Origin: Podarcis pityusensis
Lineage: Eukaryota
DNA length: 64,000 nt
Strand: one strand, 5' to 3'
NCBI GenBank assembly: GCA_964106645.2
Contig: CAXKZF020000028.1
Part shown: positions 29,349-39,969 of the stretch, in pieces
Position numbering within the stretch: the first letter of the stretch is position 1
How the letters are laid out: each line of letters starts with the position of its first letter
Program-made: the position numbers and the translations under genes
The notes under the pieces: model-generated
The model's database searches: none
What the model saw: only the letters and a program-made list of their open reading frames with translations
What the model was told of the DNA's origin: nothing

Positions 29349-32300
29349 GTGGCCGGGTTCGACCCGACGTTGTGCGCGTACGTCGCTCCGGGTGGGCAGA
29401 CCGTCCGGCTCGCCGCGCAGGCCGCGTCCACCGCGAACGTCGCGCCGGTCGTGGCGTTGTCGTCAGTGACGGTCGGGCGGGTCACGACGGTCACAGCGAC
29501 CGTCACCGGGAACACGGCCGCAGCGGACCTGTCCCGCGCCACCTGGACCGTCACCCCCACCCCCGCCCCGTATGCAGGGCAGACGTTCACGGGCCCGACC
29601 GCGGTGTTCTCCCACGGGACCGCCGCGGCCGGCGCGTCGACAGTGACCGTGCAGGTCCCCCGCGTCGACGGCGGCGCTGACGTCACCGTCGCCGCGTCGA
29701 TCACGTACGCGACGGTAGCGGTCGCGCCGACCACGACCCGGACATGGACTCGAGGCGGGGAAGTAGTCCCGGTCGCGGCGTCGTTCGGGTTCGCGGCTCC
29801 ACGTCCCGGCACCGACGTCCGCCTAGTGCGGACCGCGTCCCCGGCCGCCCCGACCGAAGCGACGCTCATCGAGGCGCGGCACGTCAACTTCACTGCGGGG
29901 ACCGCTCAAACGTTCACCGCGAACGTGGCCTTCCCGACTGTGCCCGGCGTGGGCGGCGGGTACGAGTACCGGTGGGAAACGGACATGGGCGGCGGGCACA
30001 CCATCCGGTCCGGGCCGTTGCCGGTGTGGGTGATCGGCACGGACCCGACATGCGCGCCCACGGACATCGCCGCAGCGCCCGCGACGCTGCCCTACCCGAG
30101 CGTGTACGTGCGCGCCGCGACCGACTCCGGGACCGTCACCCCGGTGTCCGGGAAAACGTACGCGCAGCACGCCGCGAAAGTCGCCGCGGACTGGAAAGCG
30201 ACGAACCTGGCGACCCCGCTCGGCGGCGCCTGGATCGGGTACGACGACAACCCCGCCAACCTGTACTGGGTGAACCTCGACGACACGTCGATCCCCCGCT
30301 ACACCATCACCTACGACGACACCAGCCAGGCCGGGCCCGCACCTGCAGGCTGGTACGGCACCGCCACAGCGACACCGTTCACCCGGACCCGAGTCGCGGC
30401 CGACGTCCCGATCCCGAACAACGCGACCCCCACCCCGGGCCGGGCGTTAACGATCGTCGGGATGCGTGCAGGCGCGGTCGAGACGATCTGGGAACTTAGC
30501 GGCGCGGTGAAACGCGCGACGGGGGCGTGGCAGGCCGACACGGTCGCAGCGACCACACCAGCGGATGAGTGGCGACACTCCCGCGGGTACACGCCCACCC
30601 CGTCCGGGCTGTCCCCGGTCGCGTACACGCTGCGTGTCGCTGAAGCGAAAGCCGCGGTCGAGTATGTTCGGGCGCGCCGCGCCGCCGGGCAGGCCGTCGT
30701 TGACTCCGAGCTCATCGCGCGGGTGCCGCACGCGCTGGGCGTGTCGATGCCCGCCCCGGCCGCTGGGTCCATCTCCTACCCTGCGACCGGAACCGACGGG
30801 ACCGGCCCGGTTGACGCGGTCTGGGAAGGGCAACTGTTCTACCTACGCCAAGACGCCGACATCACCGCCCGGAACCTATCGCCGCTGCAGCATGTCATCG
30901 CGGTCGTCGGGAAGTACCGCGGGTTCCGGTGCGTCGCCCGGTCCGGGAACTCCACTATCCTGTCGGTCGAGTCCGACCAGGCGTACGGCGGGAACGTGTG
31001 GGCCACGATCCGGGAACCGGGCGAAACGTGGAAAGTGACCTACCCAGACGACTGGTTCATCCCCGCCCGCCAATACCCGTCGAAGGCAGCGTTCGACGCG
31101 GACACCGACACCGGTATCCCGTCCTCGACGTTCGTCGACGCTGAGAACGTCACGTTCACGAACGGGTCGTTGAGCAGCCGCTACCACGTGTACGCCGCCG
31201 CCCGGTCGCCGGCGTCCGGGTTGCTGTTCTGGTTGCACGGCGACGCCGCGTACGAGTTCAACAACCCGAACTCGACGTACGTGATGGGCGGCACCAACGG
31301 TGTCAAGGCCGTCGGGAAGAACCGCGGCTACATCGTCGTGAACGTCCTCGCGCCCGACACGTCCGGGACGGTCACATGGTGGGAGAACGGGCAAGCGAAC
31401 GCGGTATGGTTCGCGGCGCTCCTAGACGCACTCGTCGTCAAGTACGGGGTGTCCCGTTCCAAGGTCGTCCTGTGTGGGTTCTCCGGCGGCGCGCAGTTCA
31501 TCACCCAAACGTTCCTGCCGTCCTACTCGAACAAGCTCGCCGGCGGCGGGTCCATCGTGTTCGGTGGCGGCGGGAGACCGATCAACCCGTCGAACCCGTC
31601 GTTCTCGGCCGCGTTCAAACAGGCATGGTGGGCGTACTGGGCGACCGGCGCCCTCGACGACGCCGCGCACTCCGACGAGGGTTACGACGCGCTCGGGTAC
31701 GCCAAGGCCGGCTCGGCCTGGTACCGCAACGCCGGGTTCGTGACCGGCACGAACTGGATTCCCGGCGCGACCCACGAACTCGACGGGACGTTCGGTGGGC
31801 TCGTCGCTGGTGTCTTGGACAACCCCCCGAAGTCGGCGTCGCCGCCGGGGGCCGCGCAGCCGGGGGAGCAGGCGACAGCACCCCCGGCTGCAGCTATCTA
31901 TGTCGCCACGACCGGCAGCGACACCGCAGCCGGGACACTGCAAGCCCCGTACGCCACCCTCGGGAAAGCGTTCGCGGTCGTCCCGGACGGCGGGACCATC
32001 GTCCTGCGGGGCGGGAACCACCACGCCGGGAAACAGGTCCCCGCGTCCGGGTACACCACCGGCCTGGTGTGGCCGGGCGTCACCGGCGACGCCGCCGACG
32101 TCACCTTGATGGGTTACCCCGGCGAACCGGCGTGGCTTGACGGGTCCACGACCCACACGGGTTGGGCGCAGAACGGCGCCGTGTGGGAGAAACCCGTCGT
32201 GACGGTGACGGACCGTTCCCCTACCGGGACATACGGCGCCGACGACAACACCGCGGCAGGGTGGGCGTACATCAACGCGGCGCACCCGCGGGCGCACTGG

Positions 32301-33611
32301 CCGGAACGAGTGTGGATCGACGGCGTAGAACAGACACAGGTCCCGGACCGGGCGTCCGTCACGGCAGGCACGTTCGCTGTCGAGGGTTCGAGCTCCGGTG
32401 CGGGCGGGAAACTGTTCACGTCCACCCGGTACGTGCTCGGCACCGACCCGAGCGGCCGGGAAGTCAGGGTCGCTGACCTCGCCGTGTGCCTGTCCTCACC
32501 TGGGCCACGGTTCACGATGCGCGGCGTCGGCGTCCGCCGGTACGCGACGTCCGTCCCGCAGCGCGGCGCAGTGAAGCTACGGCACCCAGCCTGCCTGATG
32601 CGTGACGTCACCATCGAAGACGTCTCCACCATCGGCCTGACCCTGTACCAAGCGCCAGGAACGACGTTGCAGAACTGCACGATCCGCCGCGTCGGGATGC
32701 TCGGCATCGACGGTTTCCAGAACGACGACACCACCATCACCCGCTGCGAGTTCTCGGACTGCAACCGTCAACGGTTCAACCGTTCCCCCGAGTCAGGGTG
32801 CGTCAAGGTCACGTCGTCGCGGCGGGTCAACGTCATCGGCAACACGCTCCGTGACTCGGCGTGCACCGCCGTGTGGATGGACGAATCAGTAGCGAAGTCC
32901 GTGATCGCCCGGAACCTGATCACAGGCGTCGCCGGGGTCGGCGTCCACGTCGAAATCTCCGGGACGTCCGTCATCACCGGGAACGTCGTGGACCGCGCCG
33001 GCGCAGACGGCATCCTCATCCAGAACGTGTCAGGCGCGGTCCGGGTCTGGAACAACACAGTGACGCGGTACGCGCAGGCCGGGAAGGGGTACGGCGTGTC
33101 CATTTGCGGGGACGCCCGGGCACCCTTGAACGCGGGCTCTGTCGGATTGGATAGCCGGTTCGGGTTCCCCCACCCAGACGGGATCACTGGCCTCACCGTC
33201 GATGTCGAGGTCCGTAACAACGTCGTCGGTCCCGTAACCGGGTCCGGTAACGCGTTCTGGTCGGTGCAGGACTACACGTCCTCGAGTAAACGCGCGTGGA
33301 CGCAGTTCGGGTTGAAGTCGGGCAGCAACCTGTACGGGCGGAAAGCGTCCGCGCCGTCGTGGCCGTGGATTCTGGAACGGTCCGGGACCGCTGACCCTGA
33401 GATCGTGTTCGACCTGTCCGGGCTCACCGCGAAAGGCCTGGACGGCGGGTCCGCCGTGAAAACCGACGACGACATGGCTGACGCGTCAGGTGACCTCACT
33501 CCTGGCGCGGTCGCCGCGCTCCCCGCCGGCGCGGCGCTACCTACCGATATCGCGGCGCTTCTCGGCGCCGCCGCTGGCGCGACCGACGTGGTCGGCGCGC
33601 CCACCCCGTAA
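29349..33611 (+). CDS. 1420-aa tailspike-like protein: unknown domain, alpha/beta-hydrolase esterase, right-handed beta-helix
   Basis: WLHGD..GFSGG; IYVATTGSD..PYATLGKA..LRGG followed by parallel beta-helix repeats. Confidence 0.8.
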   Translation: MAGFDPTLCAYVAPGGQTVRLAAQAASTANVAPVVALSSVTVGRVTTVTATVTGNTAAADLSRATWTVTPTPAPYAGQTFTGPTAVFSHGTAAAGASTVTVQVPRVDGGADVTVAASITYATVAVAPTTTRTWTRGGEVVPVAASFGFAAPRPGTDVRLVRTASPAAPTEATLIEARHVNFTAGTAQTFTANVAFPTVPGVGGGYEYRWETDMGGGHTIRSGPLPVWVIGTDPTCAPTDIAAAPATLPYPSVYVRAATDSGTVTPVSGKTYAQHAAKVAADWKATNLATPLGGAWIGYDDNPANLYWVNLDDTSIPRYTITYDDTSQAGPAPAGWYGTATATPFTRTRVAADVPIPNNATPTPGRALTIVGMRAGAVETIWELSGAVKRATGAWQADTVAATTPADEWRHSRGYTPTPSGLSPVAYTLRVAEAKAAVEYVRARRAAGQAVVDSELIARVPHALGVSMPAPAAGSISYPATGTDGTGPVDAVWEGQLFYLRQDADITARNLSPLQHVIAVVGKYRGFRCVARSGNSTILSVESDQAYGGNVWATIREPGETWKVTYPDDWFIPARQYPSKAAFDADTDTGIPSSTFVDAENVTFTNGSLSSRYHVYAAARSPASGLLFWLHGDAAYEFNNPNSTYVMGGTNGVKAVGKNRGYIVVNVLAPDTSGTVTWWENGQANAVWFAALLDALVVKYGVSRSKVVLCGFSGGAQFITQTFLPSYSNKLAGGGSIVFGGGGRPINPSNPSFSAAFKQAWWAYWATGALDDAAHSDEGYDALGYAKAGSAWYRNAGFVTGTNWIPGATHELDGTFGGLVAGVLDNPPKSASPPGAAQPGEQATAPPAAAIYVATTGSDTAAGTLQAPYATLGKAFAVVPDGGTIVLRGGNHHAGKQVPASGYTTGLVWPGVTGDAADVTLMGYPGEPAWLDGSTTHTGWAQNGAVWEKPVVTVTDRSPTGTYGADDNTAAGWAYINAAHPRAHWPERVWIDGVEQTQVPDRASVTAGTFAVEGSSSGAGGKLFTSTRYVLGTDPSGREVRVADLAVCLSSPGPRFTMRGVGVRRYATSVPQRGAVKLRHPACLMRDVTIEDVSTIGLTLYQAPGTTLQNCTIRRVGMLGIDGFQNDDTTITRCEFSDCNRQRFNRSPESGCVKVTSSRRVNVIGNTLRDSACTAVWMDESVAKSVIARNLITGVAGVGVHVEISGTSVITGNVVDRAGADGILIQNVSGAVRVWNNTVTRYAQAGKGYGVSICGDARAPLNAGSVGLDSRFGFPHPDGITGLTVDVEVRNNVVGPVTGSGNAFWSVQDYTSSSKRAWTQFGLKSGSNLYGRKASAPSWPWILERSGTADPEIVFDLSGLTAKGLDGGSAVKTDDDMADASGDLTPGAVAALPAGAALPTDIAALLGAAAGATDVVGAPTP

Positions 33612-33674
33612 ACCCTGAGTTCTCGTCCCTCCCCTGGTTCATTCGACCTTCCCTAAGCTGAACGGAGATGGGTT

Positions 33675-36083
33675 ATGCCCTCACCCTTGCGGTTCATGAA
33701 GATCCCCGGCGAATACTGGAAGGCGTTGGGTCCGGCGTTCGAGTCGCTGTCCCTGGACCTGTCCAGCGTCGAAGCAGCGGTCGCATCCGGGACCGGCGGC
33801 GGCAGCAGCGACCCAGGGTTAGCGGCCGCACCGAACGGGACCGACGACACCGACACCATCCGCGACGCCGTCGCCAACCGGAAGCGCCTCCGAGCGGGGA
33901 CGTACACGTGGCGCGGCACCACCGGCATCGACACTCCCGCACCGTTCCTCGTGGGTGTCCCCGGCCAAGGAACCACCATCCTCATCCCCGACGGGCAATA
34001 CCTCATCGACTCCGACCAGTTGTGGGAGTCGACGTGGCTGGAAGACGTGTTCTTCTACGGCGGCGCTGGCGCCGTCCGGAACCGGTTCACCGGGTCGAAC
34101 GTGTCCGGCCTGCACGTCGTCCGCGGGTGCCGGTTCCAAGACTTTACCGCCACCGCGATCAGCCACAACGCCTCCGACATGCCGTACTGGATGATCGACA
34201 AGTCGGTGTTCTGGGCACGGAACGAGACCGCGTCGATGGGGATCGCGCTGTCCGGGTTGACCGACTCATCCAGCATCATCGGGTGCGCGTTCTACAACTA
34301 CCGGGTTGCGGTGAAGCTGCGCGCAGGGTTCGCGAACATACGGATCCGGGACTGCGACTTCGTGCACTACGACGCGGCCGGCGCTGAGTCCCGCGCCTGC
34401 ATTTGGTTGGTCCCGAAGGGCACCGACTGGCAAGGCAACGTCAACGCTGGGAACGGCACCCTCATCGAGGGCAACAAGTTCGGGCCGGAAAATCTGGGCG
34501 TGAACGACTCCCGAATCCTCATCGCTGACGAAGGCGCCGGGGCGTTGAACGGGGTCAGGTTGCCGTCGGTTGCCGTGTCGGGTGGGTACGTGAACGGGGT
34601 CCGCGCCGCAGCGAACCTCGTCGGCGGCATGACCGAGAACCCGCCGCCGCTGATCCGGTCCTACACCCCCCACTTCATTTCCTCCCAGATCGTCGACAAC
34701 CAGATCGCTGGGACGATGCCGACCTACCTGCTCACGTACGAGGCGGGCGTCACCCCCGACGAGAAACCAGAAGTGACGATCGGGCCGATCACGCGGCAGT
34801 GGGCGGGCGCACCGCTCGGTACGGGCGGGCAGTCCGTGAAGGCCGTGAACCGGGCACCCGGCGAGTTCTGGATCGTCACCCGCAACACCACCGACCCGAA
34901 CGAACTGCTACCCGACTACGGCGAGCCCGGGTCGGTGGGCGCGAGCCCGGCAGCGACGGTCGGTTTCCCGCCGGAACCGGTCTCCGCGAACCCGGCGCCG
35001 GTGACGACAGTGCAGGTCGCCGGTGACGTCGCCGCGCTCCCAGCGCCGGTCGCGTCAGGGACGATGCTGGCGTTGGGTGACTCACCCGACCTGAACCGGT
35101 ACGTTTCCGGCGCTGGTAAACCGGTTAAGAACACCGACAGCGGCGTGTTCTTCGGTAACGGCGTCATCTCCAGCGCGCCGCAACGCGCCGGGTCAGCGTC
35201 ACAGACCGTGACACGGGTCGTCACGAACGCGCCGTGGCTGTGCCTCACCGGCTATTCCGCGCCGTCCGGGCAGTTCGACGGGCGCGTGTTCCTCCGCGTC
35301 AACGGCGTCCCCGTCTGGTCCCAACCCCGCGCGTTCACCGGGAACTACGACGGCCACGAATCCGGGGTGTACCTCGAGTTCGCGGACGCCACCACCAAGC
35401 TCGTCGAGATCACGACCGGTTGGATGCAGAACCGGCTCGCCGTCCCCACCGGGTCGACGCTGACCCCACCACCCGTCGACCCGTCACGTCACCGCCTCTA
35501 CATCATCGGTGATTCCTGGACCGACGGGACCGCGCAAGGCGGGCCGTGGCGGTCCTGGGCTCGCTACCTGCAGTCCGTGTCCGGGTGGGACATCGCCGTC
35601 CAAGGCCTCGGCGGGACCGGGTACGTCGCGGGGAACCCCGCGAACGCGTGGACGTCCCCGTTCGGTGTCGCCGCCCGCGTCAACGCCGCCATCGAGTCGA
35701 CACCCGACGTGCTCCTGATCGTTGGGTCCATCAACGACGGCGGCCAAACCGGCGTCCAATCCGCCGCTGAATCCATCATCACCCAGGTCGCGTCCGGGTC
35801 CGCAGCCACGAAGATCGCGATCATCGGCCCGCAAATCAAATCCGCCGAGCAGGCCGCAAACATGGACGCGCTCAACGCCGCCGCCGCAGGCAAGGCCAAC
35901 GTGATCGGGGTCCTGGACCCCGTCGCCGCTGGATGGGACGTCACCGGTGTCCGCGGGACACCCGGCGCGCCCACCCTGAACGACCCCGCCCACCCCACCC
36001 CCGCCGGCGTTGAATGGTGGGGACGGCGCGTCGAGGAATGGGTCCGCACCGTCACCGCCGGCGCTGGTGACCCGACGTGGTGA
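33675..36083 (+). CDS. Tailspike-like protein: beta-helix plus SGNH/GDSL esterase
   Basis: TDDTDTIRDAV; IGDSWT..GLGGTGY..GSIND..DPAHP. Confidence 0.82.
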   Translation: MPSPLRFMKIPGEYWKALGPAFESLSLDLSSVEAAVASGTGGGSSDPGLAAAPNGTDDTDTIRDAVANRKRLRAGTYTWRGTTGIDTPAPFLVGVPGQGTTILIPDGQYLIDSDQLWESTWLEDVFFYGGAGAVRNRFTGSNVSGLHVVRGCRFQDFTATAISHNASDMPYWMIDKSVFWARNETASMGIALSGLTDSSSIIGCAFYNYRVAVKLRAGFANIRIRDCDFVHYDAAGAESRACIWLVPKGTDWQGNVNAGNGTLIEGNKFGPENLGVNDSRILIADEGAGALNGVRLPSVAVSGGYVNGVRAAANLVGGMTENPPPLIRSYTPHFISSQIVDNQIAGTMPTYLLTYEAGVTPDEKPEVTIGPITRQWAGAPLGTGGQSVKAVNRAPGEFWIVTRNTTDPNELLPDYGEPGSVGASPAATVGFPPEPVSANPAPVTTVQVAGDVAALPAPVASGTMLALGDSPDLNRYVSGAGKPVKNTDSGVFFGNGVISSAPQRAGSASQTVTRVVTNAPWLCLTGYSAPSGQFDGRVFLRVNGVPVWSQPRAFTGNYDGHESGVYLEFADATTKLVEITTGWMQNRLAVPTGSTLTPPPVDPSRHRLYIIGDSWTDGTAQGGPWRSWARYLQSVSGWDIAVQGLGGTGYVAGNPANAWTSPFGVAARVNAAIESTPDVLLIVGSINDGGQTGVQSAAESIITQVASGSAATKIAIIGPQIKSAEQAANMDALNAAAAGKANVIGVLDPVAAGWDVTGVRGTPGAPTLNDPAHPTPAGVEWWGRRVEEWVRTVTAGAGDPTW

Positions 36084-36105
36084 ACCCGAGCGAGAGGAAC
36101 CACCA

Positions 36106-36783
36106 GTGTCTGCTCACGCAATGACCGCGCCGAACCGGCCGCAATGTTTCATGTCGCGGTGGCAGCCCGCGTCGCTGGTCACCTCCGACATCATCATCCT
36201 GAAGCTGATCCTCGGGGTGACCGCCCTCGTCCGCGCCGACGACTACGCCCACGGTGTCGCCGACTCCTACGGCGTCCTCGAGTCCGCGTTCCCGCTGTGG
36301 GTGTGGGCGGGTGTGTCCTACCTCGTCGGCGCGTGCATCCTCGCTGGGATCGCGTGGCAACGACACGGGCTGGTGTGGCTCGGCCACGCCGCCGGCGCCG
36401 GACTGTACGGCGTCCTCGCGCTCGCGTCGGCCGCGTCAGCGTTCAGCGAGTGGCCGCCCCGAGCAGGGGCGGCGGCGTCGACGGTGCCGCCGCAACTGTG
36501 GGTGGTCGTCGCGGCCGCGCTGGCCGTGACAGTGGTTGCGGGCGCGTTCACCGCGCGCGGGTATCTGCGGACGGCGTCACGGTTCGCGGCGGCACTCGGT
36601 GTCGGGGCCGTCGCTGTCGGTGTCGTCCTGGCGAACGCGCCCGCTGACGGGTTACGCGGCGCCGGTCCCCTCGCGGTCGTCGCCGCACTGCACACGCTGC
36701 TGATGTTGCGGTCTGGGCCGCGGCCCATGTCCGCCGACGAAGGCGCCGTCGTCGAAGAAACCACCGCGCCGGAGGGTGACTGA
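36106..36783 (+). CDS. Multi-pass membrane protein
   Basis: About six hydrophobic segments; RBS GAGAGGA. Confidence 0.7.
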   Translation: MSAHAMTAPNRPQCFMSRWQPASLVTSDIIILKLILGVTALVRADDYAHGVADSYGVLESAFPLWVWAGVSYLVGACILAGIAWQRHGLVWLGHAAGAGLYGVLALASAASAFSEWPPRAGAAASTVPPQLWVVVAAALAVTVVAGAFTARGYLRTASRFAAALGVGAVAVGVVLANAPADGLRGAGPLAVVAALHTLLMLRSGPRPMSADEGAVVEETTAPEGD

Positions 36784-37247
36784 TGGACATCCCACCTGGC
36801 GCGCTCACCACCGTGTTGTCGTTGCCGTGGGTGATCCAAGTCCTCGCTGTGATCGTCGTGATCGGGATCGTGATGCAGGCTGCGCCGCAAATGTCGGGAC
36901 GGTTCCAATCCACGATCGAGTCGTGGACGAACGGGCGACGCCGCACGAAGACCGCGTCGAAAGACGCTGACGTGTCCGCCCTGTCCAAGCAGGTCGACAA
37001 CATGCAAACCGTCCTCGCGGACACCCGCGCCGAACTGGCGTTGTCCCGCAAGGAACTACGCGACTTCCGCAACGAATCCCGCAAGTACCAGCAGGCGCAC
37101 GACGAAGTCCTCGGCACGCACGCCCTATGGGATCAGGCGATGATCGAGCGGCTCATCGAGCTCGGCGGGACACCGATCCCGAAACCGGCGCTGTGGCCGG
37201 ACCGTGACACCGCCCAGTCGGCGTCGCTGCCGATGACGAACACCTGA
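36783..37247 (+). CDS. Membrane-anchored coiled-coil protein (lysis-associated type)
   Basis: N-terminal TM segment, heptad region, Pro-rich tail. Confidence 0.65.
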   Translation: MDIPPGALTTVLSLPWVIQVLAVIVVIGIVMQAAPQMSGRFQSTIESWTNGRRRTKTASKDADVSALSKQVDNMQTVLADTRAELALSRKELRDFRNESRKYQQAHDEVLGTHALWDQAMIERLIELGGTPIPKPALWPDRDTAQSASLPMTNT

Positions 37248-37314
37248 CCGGAAGGCGGCACCGGTCATCGTCCTGTGCATTTCGTGCCGACCCCGCACAC
37301 TCGGAGGTAACTAG

Positions 37315-38607
37315 ATGGCTACCCGTTTCGACGTGGTCGCGGCAGAGTATTGGCGTAGTCTGCCTGCCCCGATCGCTGCCCTGTCCGCTGACCTCGCTGA
37401 GCTCGAAGCGAGCAGCGTCACCGGCGGCGGGTCCGGGGTCGCGTCATGGACGCCGTACGCGGCGTACACGGCCGGGCAGGTCGTGTCCCAAGCGAACGGC
37501 CTGTACCGCGCGAAAACCGCGTTGACCTCTGGCGCGTCATTCGACCCGGCCTTGTGGGACGCGCTCGTCGTGCCTGGCGCGTCCGGGTCCGCCGTGAACG
37601 TGCAACGAGCGGACGGGTCATGGACGTTGAACAAAGCCGCCGTCGACGCCGCGCACGCCACCGGTAGTTCCGTGCTGTGGTACACCCGCGCCAGCCAGCC
37701 CGCGCCGACCGCCGTGAACGGCCTCGCTGTCGGTGACGTCCTCGACGGCGTCATCAACACCACCGAAACCCTCACCTTCACAACCGTCGGGACCGCGCCG
37801 ACCGCGCAAGACGCGTCAGGCGTCGCGAACGACACCGTCACCCTCACCCGCGCCGCCGGCGTCACCTACACCGTCGACGGCGTCGACCACGCCTACGCGT
37901 CCTTCCCCGGCTCGACGAAGGTCGTGCCGTACACGAAGGGCACCAACACGACCGTCACCGCGAAACCCGAGACGGGGTACACGTTGACAGGTACGACGTC
38001 GTGGGCGTTGCTGTTCTCTAACGTCACCGTCACCACTGGCACCGTCATCACCACGGACACGTTCTCTGGTGGCGCCCGAACCGTCCCCGCCGGGACCAGC
38101 ACCACCACGGACGCCGTCAACGGTGGCACCCCGAAGACCGTCACCATCACCGGGACCGCTGAAATCACCGCGTCGGGCACGTTGAAACTGACCACGGCCG
38201 GCGCGAAATACCGCCTCGACAACACGCTGACGTCCTCGACCGCTGAGGCGCGGATCGTGAAGCTGCCCACGACCGGGCAACTCGACTTCTACCCCGCCGC
38301 GTCCGGGGAAGGAGTCATCAAGATCGCGATCCTGCCGACGGGGTCGTCCCGGATCTGGTTCACGACGAAGACCGGGTCGCAACGCGACTCCGGCACAGAC
38401 ATTTACGTCCAGGCCGGGGACGTCGTGCGCGGCACCAAGAACGGGCCCGCGATCAAGTACGAAGTGTTCCGCGGCGGCAGCTCGGTCGGATCCACAACAA
38501 TGACGGCGACCGCGGCGGAAGACTTCACCCCGACCGCGTACCAGTTCATCGCGACCGCGGCCGGGTCCGCCGCCGAAATCGACGACGTCAAGCTGACGGC
38601 CGGGTGA
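37315..38607 (+). CDS. Tail appendage protein with CBM5/12-like module
   Basis: WTPYAAYTAGQVVSQANGLYRAK; N-terminus similar to the 33675 gene. Confidence 0.7.
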   Translation: MATRFDVVAAEYWRSLPAPIAALSADLAELEASSVTGGGSGVASWTPYAAYTAGQVVSQANGLYRAKTALTSGASFDPALWDALVVPGASGSAVNVQRADGSWTLNKAAVDAAHATGSSVLWYTRASQPAPTAVNGLAVGDVLDGVINTTETLTFTTVGTAPTAQDASGVANDTVTLTRAAGVTYTVDGVDHAYASFPGSTKVVPYTKGTNTTVTAKPETGYTLTGTTSWALLFSNVTVTTGTVITTDTFSGGARTVPAGTSTTTDAVNGGTPKTVTITGTAEITASGTLKLTTAGAKYRLDNTLTSSTAEARIVKLPTTGQLDFYPAASGEGVIKIAILPTGSSRIWFTTKTGSQRDSGTDIYVQAGDVVRGTKNGPAIKYEVFRGGSSVGSTTMTATAAEDFTPTAYQFIATAAGSAAEIDDVKLTAG

Positions 38608-38611
38608 CCTG

Positions 38612-39886
38612 ATGCGCGCAATCTATGACGGGAACGGCGTCTGGGTCGACGTCACCGACGCGTCCCTCACGTTCCAGCCCGGCAGCAGGTACAAACCGCC
38701 GGCGTCGTCTGCGGTGAAGAAGGTCCCGGCGTCGATGACTGGCCCGAACGGGGAGAAGGTCGCGTCGATCGGGCCGTGGGTGTCCGCCGCTGGGGAACCA
38801 TACCGGCTCGCGCAACGCGCCGCCTTGGACCCGGCGTCCTCGACGAAAGCCGCGAAGTTCGTGCAAGGCATCCGCAACGGCGGCTACGGCAACGCCGCCG
38901 ACCTGCAGATGTACCAGTACGGGTACTCCATCTACGAATGCCACCCCGCCTCCACCCGGTACCGGATGAACAAGAACAGCAGCGGCGGGAAAAACGAGAA
39001 CCTGCTGGGCGGGTACGGGTTCTACGACGACCTGCAGACGTCGTATTCGACGTTCGAGAAGCGGGGCGTGTTCATGTCCGTGCCGATGGAGAAAGATTTC
39101 GTCGCCGCGTCCGGCACCGACGGCGGGATCATCATGTGGGACCCCGACGGCGACGAAGAGAGCGACTTCTGGCAGTTCCGTTGGCAGAAACGCACCCCAG
39201 GCCAGCTCGACGGGACCCCGCTGGCGGTAGCGGGCGGCCGCCTTAACCGGATGTCCACGAACACGTCGACGCAGTTCCCGCAATACAACGGGCAATGGTT
39301 CCACGGCCTGTCCGCGTCCCGCCTCGCCGCGGGCCCGTACGTCGTGAAGATCGCCGAGCTGGACCGGGCGATCGGGTCGGACGGGACGATCCCCGCCACG
39401 ATCGACGTGACCCGCCCCGACGGGACAGTGGACACGATCGACGCGCTCGACTCGATCGAACACGTGATGCTGTGCGCGATCGGGACAGGGTTCTCCGCGA
39501 AGTCACCGGCGCTGTCCTACCCCGCGAAGTACAACGACAACTACAACGGTTCCGCGCCCACCCAATCCGGGGGAGTGTCCTACGGGCAGACAACCCGGAT
39601 GCCCGCCGGTATTGACTTCCGGACGTGGAAACCGTCTGGGTGGAGCGGCGACGAAGCGCCCCTGTCGATCATGCGTCTGGTCGGGCGGGCCTGGCAGAAA
39701 CACGGCGTGATGCTCGCCGACATGGGTGGTTCGTTCGGGATCGCCGCGCAAACCAACGACCAAGCCCGCCGTAACGCGATGGTGAACAGGATCCCGAACC
39801 AGTCGAAGCTGCCGGGCGGGTACATCCAGAACTTGACGTTGCTGCCCGTCGAGCAGATCGAGGTGTGCGCGCTGCGCACCGCCTAA
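38612..39886 (+). CDS. Protein with the unknown domain also found in the 23275 and 29349 genes
   Basis: DFWQF..GLSASRL..IEHVM..SYPA..YGQ..RAWQKHGVMLAD. Confidence 0.65.
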   Translation: MRAIYDGNGVWVDVTDASLTFQPGSRYKPPASSAVKKVPASMTGPNGEKVASIGPWVSAAGEPYRLAQRAALDPASSTKAAKFVQGIRNGGYGNAADLQMYQYGYSIYECHPASTRYRMNKNSSGGKNENLLGGYGFYDDLQTSYSTFEKRGVFMSVPMEKDFVAASGTDGGIIMWDPDGDEESDFWQFRWQKRTPGQLDGTPLAVAGGRLNRMSTNTSTQFPQYNGQWFHGLSASRLAAGPYVVKIAELDRAIGSDGTIPATIDVTRPDGTVDTIDALDSIEHVMLCAIGTGFSAKSPALSYPAKYNDNYNGSAPTQSGGVSYGQTTRMPAGIDFRTWKPSGWSGDEAPLSIMRLVGRAWQKHGVMLADMGGSFGIAAQTNDQARRNAMVNRIPNQSKLPGGYIQNLTLLPVEQIEVCALRTA

Positions 39887-39969
39887 CCCCACACGTCCAC
39901 CCGTACAACCCCCAGCCCCGGCGACCGTCGTCGGGGCTCGCTCATGCCCCCTTGATGGAAGGACGCACC

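Noticed and set aside
23275-39886. Diversity-generating retroelement or invertible fibre switch
   Set aside because: No reverse transcriptase, invertase or nucleotide-level TR/VR repeat pair seen
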